64,000 bases of DNA, from the NCBI GenBank assembly GCA_051294375.1, contig CM119271.1, positions 4,783,579 to 4,847,578 on the forward strand. Reading direction: 5' to 3'. Position 1 is the first letter of the stretch. Each line of letters opens with the position of its first letter. Made by a program: the position numbers and the translations under genes. Of the stretch, positions 21,633-34,143 are shown one piece after another. The notes below the pieces were generated by a model, which was not told where the DNA came from, did no database searches, and saw only the letters and a program-made list of their open reading frames with translations. The stretch is from Paraspadella gotoi. Its lineage: Eukaryota; Animalia; Chaetognatha.

Positions 21633-24267
21633 TCATTGGACATCATCGTCCTCCTCATCGTCCTCCTCATCATCCTCTTCTTCATCATCCTCTTCATCGT
21701 CATCCTCCTTTTCCTCATCTTCCTCCTCATCCATCTTAAAGTCTTCCACGACGTCTTTTTTCGACTTGAGTTTTTTCAGCTCTAACTCGGAGAGTTTTCT
21801 TTCTTTCAGTTTGGATTCATCAAATTCTTCTTCATCTTCCTCCTCTTCATCTTCATCGCTTTCGCTCTCCGCGTTGACAAAGTCTTCCTCCGTCAAATCA
21901 ACCATATCCTCGTCGCCATCGTCTTCTTCTTCTACATCTTCCTCCTCCTCCCTTTTTCTCTTCTTCCCCTTCTCTCTCCCCTTTCGCTTCTCCCCGGTCT
22001 TCTTTTCTTCTTCCTCCATCTCTCTCTGCGCGTCAGCCATCCTCAACTCTTCCACTCTCTTCTTCCGATATGTGGCGGCGTACTTGGACAGCGGCGTCCC
22101 CGCTGCCTTTAGCGCCGCCTCCCAGGAGTCGACAGCGTCGAGATTTCCGATACCGAAAGAAACGCTCTTGCGTCGGGATTCCACGAAGGTGGAATTTTCT
22201 TGGATCAACGTGAGGAGTTGCTTGACTAACTTTACGTAGCGGGAAACCTAAAATAAGGCCAAGTCGAATAAAAAATATTTAATTACATGATAGTATATGA
22301 ATTTGGTACAACCAATAGATTTATGAATATACCATTAGCCCAACAACTTCATACAACCCCACAATATGCAAACGAGATCGAAAGCTTCATTTGCTTTACT
22401 ATTGAAATTAAGAAAACGTAACGAAAATAAAAATTCGCCTACTTGAGTGACTTACCGACGTGGTCTTAAGAAACTTCTTCATCCGCACTGTGGCCGGGAT
22501 GACGATCTCCGGATAAGATATAGAATGGGAGAGAGTCGTCAGATGATCCACGATCAGGTCGTAAATTTGGTCCATGGCGCCGTCCTGGAACGACCGCTCT
22601 CTCAGCTGTTTCTTACTCAGCTTGAGAAGGCAGGCGAAATTCAGAGGCTTTAGGGAAGCAGCGCCGAAAGGTTTGGAGAAGTTGACGAGGGAGAAAACTT
22701 CGAGCACGGGAGACAAGAGCGGGATGTAGGTGTTCGTGGCGTCTGAAAGGATGTTTAGTGCGCGAATGCAGTGAAAACGAAGAGGAAGAAACTTGGCCGA
22801 CGGGTTGAGGCGCATCACGCCGAAGACGACTTGCGTCAGCGGGTAGATTAGCGGTTTTAGAGTGGCGTTGTTGGGACCCGCCGCCGCCAACATTCGGCAC
22901 CAAAGATGGAGCGAGTGAATAAACTGCCAGTTGTAGACAGTCTGCACGGTTTCCTTCTTGTGGACGTTGATGGCGTTGCGTAGATGAATGGCAAGTTGGC
23001 GGATGTAAACGAAGGCGTGTTGATAGGCGACGACTGGATTGAGAAGAAGCAGCTCTACAAGCGAATGCTGCATGAAGTTAATGAGCGGCAACGTTGAGGG
23101 AGAAGTGAACTTGGTGTTGCGCACGAACGCCGTGTAAAGGGCCTTGATCACGATATCGAGGAGTTTTTCCTGTAAACGGTGAACGATCTTGATGATTGAT
23201 AGAAAGGCAAGCACGCGCACTGTCTCCTCCTCTTGGCTCCACAGTTTAACCAGGCGACGCACGGCGACTCGAGCGACTTTTGGAAAGCAGACGACGTAAG
23301 GCGCCATCTGATGCACGTGCTTCAGCACCACAGAGACGATAGAAGGCTCCGCCATTTCCTGCAGTAGCTGGATCAGCGAGATGCAGTAAAGCCTGACGTC
23401 CTTTTGCACTTTGATCCAAAAAGAACTTTCCGATGGCAGCATGGCTTTTTTCTCCATAGTTTTTTCCGAAGGGAGCTTGAGGATTTTGTGCAACGCGGGC
23501 CGGACGTCGAGCAGGCAGGCGCGGACTACTGCGTTGAAGACAGCGCTGCCCCCGACGACGAAGGCTGACTGCTTGACCCGTTCCTCCTTCGAGGCGCCGC
23601 ACTGCTGCACGGCGCAACGGAAGGCCCCGATGAGACGCCGGAGGGAACCAATAGAATCCTCGTCGCGGATCTTGGACGACCAGGCTGACACCATCTTCTG
23701 CGTGACCTTGACTCCGCCCTTGCGTTTCTTATCCACCGCTTTTTCCTTCTTGGAAGTCGCTTCCTCTGCTTCGCTGTCGTCGCTGGCCACCTCAAGCTTT
23801 TCCGGAAGCTTGTGAATTTTTTGGTCATCGTCGTCTTCTTCCTCGTCATCACTTTCCTCGTCATCACCATCATCGTCATCGTCGCCATCGTCGGAAGCCT
23901 CAAAGTCGAGCAGCTCTTTGTCCGCAGATTCTAAGTACTTGAAAAACTCAGGATCCGATTCCTTGAGCTTTTCAATATCTCGTTTGTGCTTGCTGATCAT
24001 CAGCGTGCCTCCGCCGAAAGTCGCGCCTTCATCGTCGCCGTCGTCATCCTCGACGGACTCATCGTCCGAAACGTCGTCTCTCGCGGCGGCTTTGACTCCG
24101 ATCTCTCCAGTATCGCTGTCGTAATCGAGATCGTCGCTATTATCGTCATCGTCCTCTTCGGTCGAAAGTTTAGCCACTTTTTTAGGCGGCATTGACTTTC
24201 GCTTTTCGGTGGAAGGCTTAGCCTTAGGTTTTTGAACCTTATTTTTCGGTTTGAAAGCTTTTCCCAT
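21633..24267 (-). CDS. NOC2L: Nucleolar complex protein 2 homolog, 2 exons (24267-22456, 22247-21633)
   Basis: LKESDPEFFKYL, YQHAFVYIRQLAIHLRNA, VYNWQFIHSL, PLIYPLTQV, PLRFHCIRAL. Acidic termini. Confidence 0.96.
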
Positions 24268-24730
24268 CTTGGCGAAATTAAATTAAAATGAATTGAAATA
24301 ACAATAGAAAATTTATGCGATGGATCTTGGAAAAAACATTGATAGCAATTAAATAAATTAGGAAACTTGAACAAGAACAAGTTGGCAATGACAAACTAAC
24401 GAAAAATTATAAAATTTTCGAAAACACCCCTTAAGGATGATCTGAGATTGCCATTCGGCAGTTTGATGAACTCCAAAATTCAAGTAGGACCGAGGTGAGC
24501 TCTCTACAATAAAATCCGCTCATCAGATTATCAAGTCAAAAATGTCATCAACCTTACTGTGAGGAGTGAAACAATTAAAAGTATCGACGACTCGATGCGC
24601 AAGCAAAGATATCGCATTGTAGTAAAAAAAAAGTGGATCAAAAATATTTAATGAGATTACCTATAAATAAAAAAAAATTTAACCTCTAAAATAGGCTTTC
24701 ACTTTCAGTTTAAAAAGAAAAATCTTAAAA

Positions 24731-25362
24731 GTATAGTGATCTCGCCAGACGTTACTATAAAAAAAAAATTAATGAAAAAATATAAAAAAAAAACAAATGA
24801 TTAATGCGATGATAACCAAATGATTAATGCGATGATAATCATTCATTGATGCGATGATAATCATATATTAATGCGATCATAGTCATTCATTGATGCGATA
24901 AATCATAAATAAAAAAATCATCGTAAATAAAACAAAAAACGTATGAGTGAGAGAGAGAAAAAAAAGAGAAAGAAAAAGAGCAAGAAAAAAAAGAGAAAGA
25001 AGCTGGACAGTCGCTGCAGAACTTAACTCGTTTTTAGACAAATCAGAAGAAGCAGCAATGAAAAAAAAGTGATATATAATTAAAAGAGAGAGAGAGCAAC
25101 ATATATTTAAAAGAGAGAGAGATAAAGAGCGGAACTCGTTTATATATATAAAAATTATTTTGTAAATAAAACAAACAAATCAGTGGAAGAATATAGAACA
25201 TATGAATCGAAAAGATTTTGCCGATTAGAAGCTATATCTAAATTTTTAACTTCCGATCGTTACACACTTGAGCTATTTTTAATGTTAAAACAGTATGAAG
25301 ACGACGACGGTAAAAAAAAGCAGAAATGAATTAACATCTCGCCCAAGTCTGGCGAGATAAAA
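24731..25362 (-). mobile_element. Helentron-associated non-autonomous element (HINE/DINE-1-like), copy 1
   Basis: Subterminal inverted repeats ATCTCGCCAGAC (24739) and GTCTGGCGAGAT (25347-25358), an adjacent partial inverted repeat ATCTCGCCC, a TATAGT...ACTATA stem, a short 22-bp tandem array and T/A-run flanks. Collinear with the copy at 44.6-50.1 kb. Confidence 0.7.
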
Positions 25363-25422
25363 AAAAGCTCTTCTTTTTACATTAAATAAAAACTAACGTC
25401 GTATTATGAAAGCAAAATGTGC

Positions 25423-27225
25423 TTATAAATCTTTCTCCTTATCTGAATCAATATCAGCGAGATCTTGGCATAAACTTTTCTTCGCTGCTGCTTCTTCTTC
25501 TTCTTTCATTGCTTCTTTTTTCATTGCCATCTTCTCCCTGTACAAAACGTACCGAAGATTATGAATATGTTGCCTCCTTTCACTTCTCTTCTTTCTTCTC
25601 CTCCTTGGAAGAGGAGTCTCAATCGAAAGATTTTTTTCTGTGGTACAACTGTTCGTCTGTTGGTGAAGCTGAAGAGTCGATTGGCTATCTTCTTTTCCCT
25701 ATAAAAGGTTTATATCATTAAAAAAAAAAGGCTCTCCAGCAAACTTAGCGGAGTCAGTTTTTTAAAAATAATAAGGGAGTGAATAAGCGAGATTGTGAGT
25801 CTTGATTGAAATGTCAGGGGCAAGATAGACGTTTAATGTATTATTTGGGTCACCACATACTGAGAGAATATCAACTTTTCTCACCTGAAGACTTTGGTTT
25901 TCTCGCTCTTGTCCTGCACCCACATTTTCTTCCAGAGGAATTTCTTTATGCACATCCTCGACCGAATCAAAATCTTCCTGATCTTGGGATTGTCTTTTTC
26001 TCTCGTCTTCTTTCTTTCCTCTCCTTTTGGCGATGTATGCCTGCATCCGAAGATTGTTTCTTTCCAACCTCTTTCCGTAGAGAGGCTTCTTACTCTTTGT
26101 CTGAAATGGTTCTTCCGTCAAAAGAGAGTCTTCTATTTTCATCGGCTGGTGAAACTGGAGAACGGCGTCTGATCCCTATGAAAATAACTAAAAGTTTCAT
26201 TTTGAATTTTATGTATAATTAGATATAAAAATAACTATTTAATATAATAATAATGATTATTCACAAAAAATTGAAGGTGGACCGAGTATAGAGGCGGGAC
26301 TGCTATAAAAAAAAAATTACAAACACTGCTATCGTTAAATAAAATTTAAACAGTTAAACTTCAACTTTACCTTCAGACTTGGTTTTCCTTCTTGCTCCGT
26401 ATTTTCTCCTTTCCTTTTTCGAAATTGCCGATTGTATTCGGCTTCTATCGACTCTTTGGTTTCTTCCACTGGGCACGCCGATGACATCGGGACAGGTTGG
26501 GTTGCGGAAACAAATCTCATCCGGGGAATGGAAGCAGACGAAGGAAATGGCGCGGTCGGAAAAGAAGGATTGATAAAATGGTGAGGCTCGCTCCAAGGTC
26601 GAGACTCTGTCCGTGGCCGAGGCTCGAACCGGGTGATGGGCGCAGTAAAGGAGGGAGGGGAAGAAACGGTCTCAATAGTTGGTAGAGGAGCCTTCAAAGT
26701 GACAGGCTTGGGCATCGGGGCAACTAGAGATCTTGATGGTCGGAGAGTTGATGAGTTCGATTGATCGGTAGAAGGACAGTTTTCTTCCTTCTCAAGGATC
26801 ACTTCTGGTTCCCCTTGATGAATAAGCAAATCGGAAAGTCCTTGAAGCAACAGCGCTAAATTGGAAAACCTTTGCTTTTGAAGCTCCCGCACGAGTTCGT
26901 TCGGTCCCTTATCCACCGGGAGCTCGCGAATCCACTCGGCACGATCAACGATCGCGACGTAAACGATTTTCCTTCGCGATCGCCACTCCCACAGGCATCC
27001 GGCCAACGCGCCCGACGGGTCGAGAAAAACGAGATCGAACCCGGATTGGACCCAGGGGCCAAAAGCAGACTCCAGCTCTTCGTCAGTGACGCCGCCAAGA
27101 ATCGTGTAAAGAGGGTCATGGGTGCGGCGTCGAGCGAAGGCGATCCAAGCCATCCCGGTTTCCACAGATACAGAGTGAAGGGTGATAACGAGAGTGTCTT
27201 CACTCGGAAGAAGAATGAAAGGCAT
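25423..27225 (-). CDS. Uncharacterised 473-aa protein, 3 exons (27225-26371, 26175-25885, 25698-25423)
   Basis: Two phase-0 GT-AG introns join three open frames. GCCATG start preceded by a TTTTCTTAG acceptor. I recognise no family. Confidence 0.65.
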
Positions 27226-28225
27226 GGCGTAGGTCGACGATTATGGGAACAACACTAAGAAAAGAAAAATTGAGTAATATTTGAAGCTACAGTGCAACAA
27301 CAATGTCCAACCATGTCCATTGTCCAATAACAAAAAAAAAACACCTCAAATGCTATTATGACCTATCAAGGACACCCAAGCGCTTTAAAATTTTTATCTC
27401 GTATACGCATTTGGCAATACTGGAGACTTTCGATAACGTCGGAAACACACTGAAGTTGCATGTCAAATACTAAATAAAAAATTTCTCTTTTAATTTGTTA
27501 AAAAGAACTAATATTTTAAACATAATATCGAGTTTAGAGCGTCTAAAAATAGCTTTCTGGAGTATTTATCAACGTCATGGACACCACAATAAATGTTTGT
27601 ATAAATGTATATGCACACGAATTAAGAGCAGAGACAAAAAAAATTGTTTCTTGGTAAAAACATTGTAAACGGATTCAAAGGTATTATTTACTTAATATAC
27701 AGCCCGAATATTTGTAATTTTCATTGGGTTGTAAAAAATCTGAGCTCATATTAATTGAAACTTAGATAAAAATTACAAGAAAATGGGTGCAGATTTGTAA
27801 ATTTGAGCTAGCGACAGTTTAATCGTACATGAAGACTAAATTTTTAGGACCAGTGACTTGGCGTGGACAATGATTGTTCGAAGAATTAGCAATGTTTGAA
27901 AATAAGACTAGATATGTCTGTGATAAAAATAAATTGGAGTTAAAGAAGGTATTTTTTAAAGTCAACTACAAACAGCCCAAAAAGAATAATATCTTCTGGC
28001 TCACAAAGTATCACTCAAAATTAGTGAAATAAAACTACGTAAGTAACCGAGAACTTTAAAGACTAAGTAATCGAGCAATTTGCTTCAAAAACCTAATAGT
28101 TGATATTACGACAACTTTATTAAGGACTCAGTTCCATTATTTTCCATATTCTCCTCATATTTTTACTTCCTAATTAATCCAATCACACTACCGTGGCATA
28201 ACTTTCAAGCGAGAAAAGAAGACAT

Positions 28226-31200
28226 TCATTTCCCCATCTCGTACAAATCGTGCATCAGTTCCAAAATAGTGGCGTGGCTCCAAGCCTGTACCATGCAAGA
28301 CCCCGGGCAAACAGCGCCTCCACAGTTGGTCAACTCTGGCAATCCACGCCACTCGTTCTCTTTGATCGTCGACTGCAGACGAGCCAAAAAGGCCTTCACG
28401 TAGTTTAGATTCTCAGTCAAGTCTGAGTCTTCGGAAAACATCAACAGAGCCCGAAGAAAGAACCCGGTCGGCCAAAGCCACTCTGGCCCTTGGTGATAAT
28501 TGTCGCTCCCGTCCACATAAAACCCGTTGTAATCAGGATCGTCAGGGTCAAGGGTCTTGACGCCAACAGGACCGGCGAGAACTTGGCGCGCCGTCTTCAG
28601 CGCGATGCGCCCGCAGTCGCGGTCAAATAGCCCAGGCGCCACCACCATGGCAGGAAGGAAGTTAGGCCGAAGCTGCATCTCTCTTCGAGGGGACGATGAG
28701 AGGACGGAGTCTCGGTAAAATCCCGAGCGTCCGTTCGACTTGGCCTCCCCGGGGATCCAAAACTCACGTTGAAAGTTTTCTTTGATAAGATTGGCCCAAT
28801 CGGCAAGCGTGATTTCCTCTTCGCCAGCGCGGATGCTGCCGAAGGGAAAAGCCTCTTTTGGCAACGATGCTAACCAAGACAAAACGGAATATGAGAGCGC
28901 TACGATCTCTACCGCGGCGCCATCCCGCGGAGTAGCCGGCTTTCCGTTTTGGGACATCTTGTCCATCCAAGTGCCACAGTTGGAGGAGTTGCCACCACTG
29001 ACGAAGCCGGTAGCGCGGTCGACTTTGACCTCCACGTTGAATCCCGCGTCCGTCATGTGATTGTCGATCGAGGGTCCGGCGTTGCGCTCGCGGAAGGAAA
29101 TCCCACGCCAATGATGCTCCAACGTTTCGTGAATGAGGTCTCGCAGAGGACGCGAGGTAGACTCGTCCTCCAGCCGCGCTTGGGATTCGTCGGTTGTGAA
29201 TAATACGTACACTGATGATTCCAAAATAGAAGTGGAACAAGACTGAAGGCAGTAATCTTTTACGCTCTGCAGCCACCACCAGACGGCGTCGCGGCAATTG
29301 TACCGAGCTCCGATGCCCTCGCCCAACAAGTTGGGAATCAGTCCGTGCCTCATGGCCGAAGCGTAGGAAAGGATTATCCATTGGGCCTCTTCAAGGCGCC
29401 GAGGCAGCAGCAGCAGGCCACGCAACGATATAAATGTGTCCCGACCCCAAGAGCGAAAAATTCCCGCAGAAAAGTGCGGCAGACCGGCAGCCATCGATGG
29501 AATGGCCTGCACCCGTCGACCGGAATTCGGGTCTACTGTCACCGGAACATAGGGAGAGGGTACCGGAGGCATTTGGTAGATCCTCGAGCATCCGACCAGC
29601 TGAACAGAAGCGAGAGCCAGATCCTTGACGAACTGAGACCCTTCAGAAACGAAAACGCCCATGCGAGAAAATATTTCGTCGAGAATCATGTCGTGGACGC
29701 CGGAAACAATGGCGTCGAAGTAGCAAGGGATGAGGTGGCGCGGAATCTTGGCTAAGTAGCGGAATACTTCTTGAAACCAAAGCCCGAGCTTTTTGGTGCC
29801 GGGGTTCCGGCTCAAACGAGCCGCCGTGTAATCCAACAACCAATCGCCCTCACGGAGATTATTAAAAAGAGAGTGACCGAGGTCTTTTTGCGGGCGAGCC
29901 TTGTCGAGCAAGTTGACGATCCCTTGCAGCCCGGCGTAGATGAGCGGGCCGTGACCGGGTATGTCGTAAACGCCGCCGATCCCTGCAGCTCGTTCTTCGT
30001 CGTTGCACCGGAAAAGGGCGTAATTAAAGTCAGCCAACGACAGGTCAGCAATAATGGTCTCTAGGTTGTTCTGCTTTAAGGCGGACAGAGAACGTCCGGA
30101 ACAAGTCTTTAAAGAATATCCAAATTGCGAGAGCGACGTACGTAGCGTTAAAACGTTCGACTTGGTCTCGTTGTTTAGGGAAAACCGAAAAGCGATGACG
30201 TTGCCGGGTCGAAAGTTGACAAAATCGATCTCTATCGACGCCGCCGACGACGGTTCGCCCTCGTCGAACCTCGGCGGCGCGAATTGCAAATCCTGATTCG
30301 CTTCGACAAAGTTGGATTCGTAAACAGGAAAATTCTCCTTGAAATAAAGCCGACAGCCGGAAGTCGGTTCGAGGAATTCGCCATCGCGCGGGTCGGCCGA
30401 CCCCCCCGAGGCGTTAGAAACGTCGAGGGAGGCTTCGAAGAGAATTTCGTCCAAGACGACACCATTGAGCTTCAGCGGCTTGAAAAACTTCTTGTCGGTG
30501 GCGGCGGAAAAGGCTGAGTAAGCAACGAGGACGATGGTCTGGTGGCTGCGGGGGTTGTGTCGAGTGATAGCCACCACAGATTCGTCGATCTGGTCCACGT
30601 ACAACTCATTGAAGCCTGTTCTCGCCATTTCTGCGTGAAGCTTGTTGAGCATTTTTTTCACGCGAATGATGCCAGTTTCCGAAGTGACGGTTGACGGGGA
30701 AGTTTTAGAAGAGAACGATTTGTAACTCCTGCGAGAGAATCAAACCGGGTTAAAGTGATCTTATTGAAAATAAATCGAATTTACTGCTGATACGTAGGAT
30801 GTGAATTGATCAACATCCGTTTATAAAATTATTACAAAATCAATAAAAACGAAGCATTTGTTAGATAGAGCTTCCGATTTCAATAAAAGTTATACAAAGT
30901 TACGCTACGGATAAGTTTGTATAAAGCTTTAGAATTTCTAGATTATGTTAAGTTCTAGTTTAGTACAATTACCTTGTCTCATTGACGACGTTAACGTGAT
31001 GCATAAACAGTTCGTCGAAACCCCTCGAGCTACCAACAGCCGAATCCCCCATGGAAACGATCGCCGCTGTAGGCAAAAAATCCAGCAAAGTCCTTATTTC
31101 AGCAAGGGAGGGATTGTCGTGCGTCTGATCGTACAAAAGTCCAGCGGCGATGGACGGACAAAGCGGTAGCTTTTCCGGTTGAAAAAAAGCCCCCACCGGG

Positions 31201-33044
31201 TCGTTGCTGTAGCGATGAATCATGGCGCCGAGATCAAAGGGTTTCTTGGCGCTGTTGGCCTCTCGGACGAGGCTGTTAATCCCCAATCGGTTGATGAAAA
31301 CGTTGTCCTTTGATTCGGATCCGGTGAAGAGTTCTGCCATGACGTAAAGATTCGGGTTGACCTCGCGGGCGGCCGCTAACATGTACTCGGCCACGTGTAA
31401 GGGTGTAGAGTGACAATTGTCGAGGCGGATGCCGTGGAAGGACTCGGCCACGTTTATCACATAATCGCGCATCGCGTCCCAAACATAAGGATTGTCCTCG
31501 TATTTTCTGCCGTAGTTTATTTTGACGCTGTCGCCCCACGGGACCAACTCTCGCCTCAAGTAAACCTGACCACCTTCAGCGAAGTTTTGCAGAGAATCGC
31601 CCCCAAACACCCACCCGTTGTGCGCCCAAATTAACGCGGCGGAAGAAGGGTTCGAAAGATTGAGACGTTCCTCCTCGGCCGCGGTGGCCAGAGTCTCTAA
31701 ATTATCGTTATAAAAATAGCCAAGCATTAATGGGTTTTTCTCGGACACTCGTGGATATTTCGGCCCCTTAGGATCGATGAATCTATAGCGAACGTTGTTC
31801 ATCACATTTTCGACGGCGACGCCAAGATGACGTTTCACCTCCTCCTTCTTCTTTCCGTTGTGCTTGGCGACGAGTTGCGAGAACTGAAAGACACAATCGT
31901 CTAGAGTAGCGCCAGAGTCGAGGCGCCAAAGAAAGTAGGGCAAAAGCGGATCGGGATTAACGCGGGCCGAGAGGCGATCACCCGACTTGCAGGAAATGAC
32001 GACGAGGCTGGGGGCGTCGGCGACGAAATCAGAGCGTGGCTCCCGCCGTTCATTCGCCTCGATAAGAGACGAGCGGAACTTTTCCGCTGCTGCGTCGGCT
32101 TCGACTAAAAAGAACTCCTCCAATTTAGCTTCCTCGACGAGGGATACCAATCGAGACTCTAACTTCGCCAAATCGGCCTCGGTCAAGACGCCGGCGTTTT
32201 CGGTTCCGTCCCCGGACGTCTCCCGGGTCAGCTGAGCAATGATTCTGTCCATCACATAGGCCGGTTTTAAGTGCGGAGAGTTGACGAGGTTGTAAAGGCA
32301 CTCGGGGTGATGCCGCAACCAGGGCGTCTCGTTGCCAGTGTGGTTCAGAACGACGTCTTGAACGACGAAGACGTTCCACTCTTCCAACGCGCGTTTGGTG
32401 AAGGCGGCGACGTCTGCGTAAGTTGCTCCTTCGCCGAACCTCGGATTTAGACGGAGATGGTCCTTCAAAGAGTAGGCAGAGTTGCTCGCAGCCAGTTCCT
32501 GTATCGGCGTCAGATGAATCATTTTGTAACCAGATTCCTTAGCCACCCTCAAAGTGTCCCACCACGTCGCCAGCGGGCCCAGCAGCTTGGCGATGTAAGT
32601 CTGGGAGGAAACGGCGTCTAATCGGAGAAGGGTAGGATCGTCCTTGGGCCCGAACTTTAGCGTAGGTGCGACGACGAAGCATCCCGAGCCGGCCGTGGAT
32701 TTCTTCGGGTCGTCAATCTCGAGCGTTTCCTCGTCCCTCTTTTCCGAGAAATAACAAAAGGAGAAAGGGCCCGAGTGACGCAGAACTATCTCCGCTCGCA
32801 GGTCCGTGTCGTCCAGGAGATTGTTGCCGTAATGGCGGAGAGTCAGGCGATGGAAGGTATTCCTTCGCGGGGCGCCAGAGTTGCTCGACGATGGGTGGTT
32901 GGAGTAGACCGTCAAAGGAACACCTTGGAGGGTCTTGCCGGGAATGAGATGAAGGTGGAAGCCTCGATCGAGTTTGTAGAGAACGTCGAAGGAGTGAACG
33001 TTCTTTTCAAGAGTGAGAAGACGGATCTGCGTGAGGCCAACCAT
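28226..33044 (-). CDS. AGL: Glycogen debranching enzyme, 2 exons (33044-30973, 30728-28226)
   Basis: MIHLTPIQEL, DVVLNHT, GIRLDNCHSTP, AELFTG, DQTHDN. Glucosidase half has AAGLPHF, WGRDTFISLRG, NCGTWMDKM, YHQGPEWLW, GLPELTN, QAWS. Confidence 0.97.
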
Positions 33045-34143
33045 CTTCGGTATTTTTTATTTAAACCTTCATAAAAATAATATGGTGACTAGCAATTGAT
33101 TACGGAATAACGCGAAAAGGTCGGTCAAAAAATGTGGGAAAAGTTTTCTTTTTTTTCGATTACAATGGTAATGAAATGGTATCAATTGTGCCCGCCGCTA
33201 CATTGAAATCATGATTCTCCGAAGCTAGCGTCTTTCCGACACGTGGATATGCGACTCAAAACATAAGAGCAGCCAGAGGATTCGCAGAAAAAAAGGAAAA
33301 CAACTATTTTAATTTGTGTCGCCTCAGAAAATCTTTTTTATCTAATTTATTATTAAAGTGAATTTCTCTGAACCTAAGACTAAGATTATTTTAACTACGT
33401 AGTTTACAGTAATGTGAAAAAGAAGTAAATTAAAATTTATTAAAAGATAGAAAGTTTGGCATAGATTTTATCAAAATAGGCTATCTATTTGGGAAGACTG
33501 ATTTTTTAAAATGAAGTACTCCACAGCAAAAGAATGATTTAATTTAAACTATTTTTTCTTCTAATATTTTATTTTGTAATAAATTTTTAAAAAAATAATT
33601 ATAAAGGACATCCGGAAGGATAGCTGAACAACTGTATTGATCCAGATCCCTAAAAGATAATTTTAAAGTTATTAAAACATAAGATAAATAGGAAAGATTC
33701 TAAAATTTTTGAATAGAATTCAATTTTCCCTTTTCGATTGGAACACTCAAGATTAAAAAATCGATTATAATAAAACTTATACCCATGGATTTATTTTTTA
33801 AAAAACTTTATTTTTCTTATATAATTTATAAAAATATTCTTATGGATTGTCTGGAATTTAAAGTCAAAGTGGCGCGTTTTTTTTTCACATGAGTTTATGT
33901 TAAAAACTTTCAAATAAATAAATTTAAATTTAAATAAAAATATACTGAAAAAAAAAGAATTCATTGGCGATTAAAAAAGTAAACTACTTGAGCAACATTT
34001 CCAAATTTCACGCAGAATGACGGATAACTAAAAACCCCGTTTCCCAATTTAGCAAAGAAAATTTTTTCTCTCTTCTTTCACCGAGTAAAGATTTAAAAAA
34101 TTATAAGCCGCAACGTTAATCTAAATGCAAAAAAGGACGTAGT

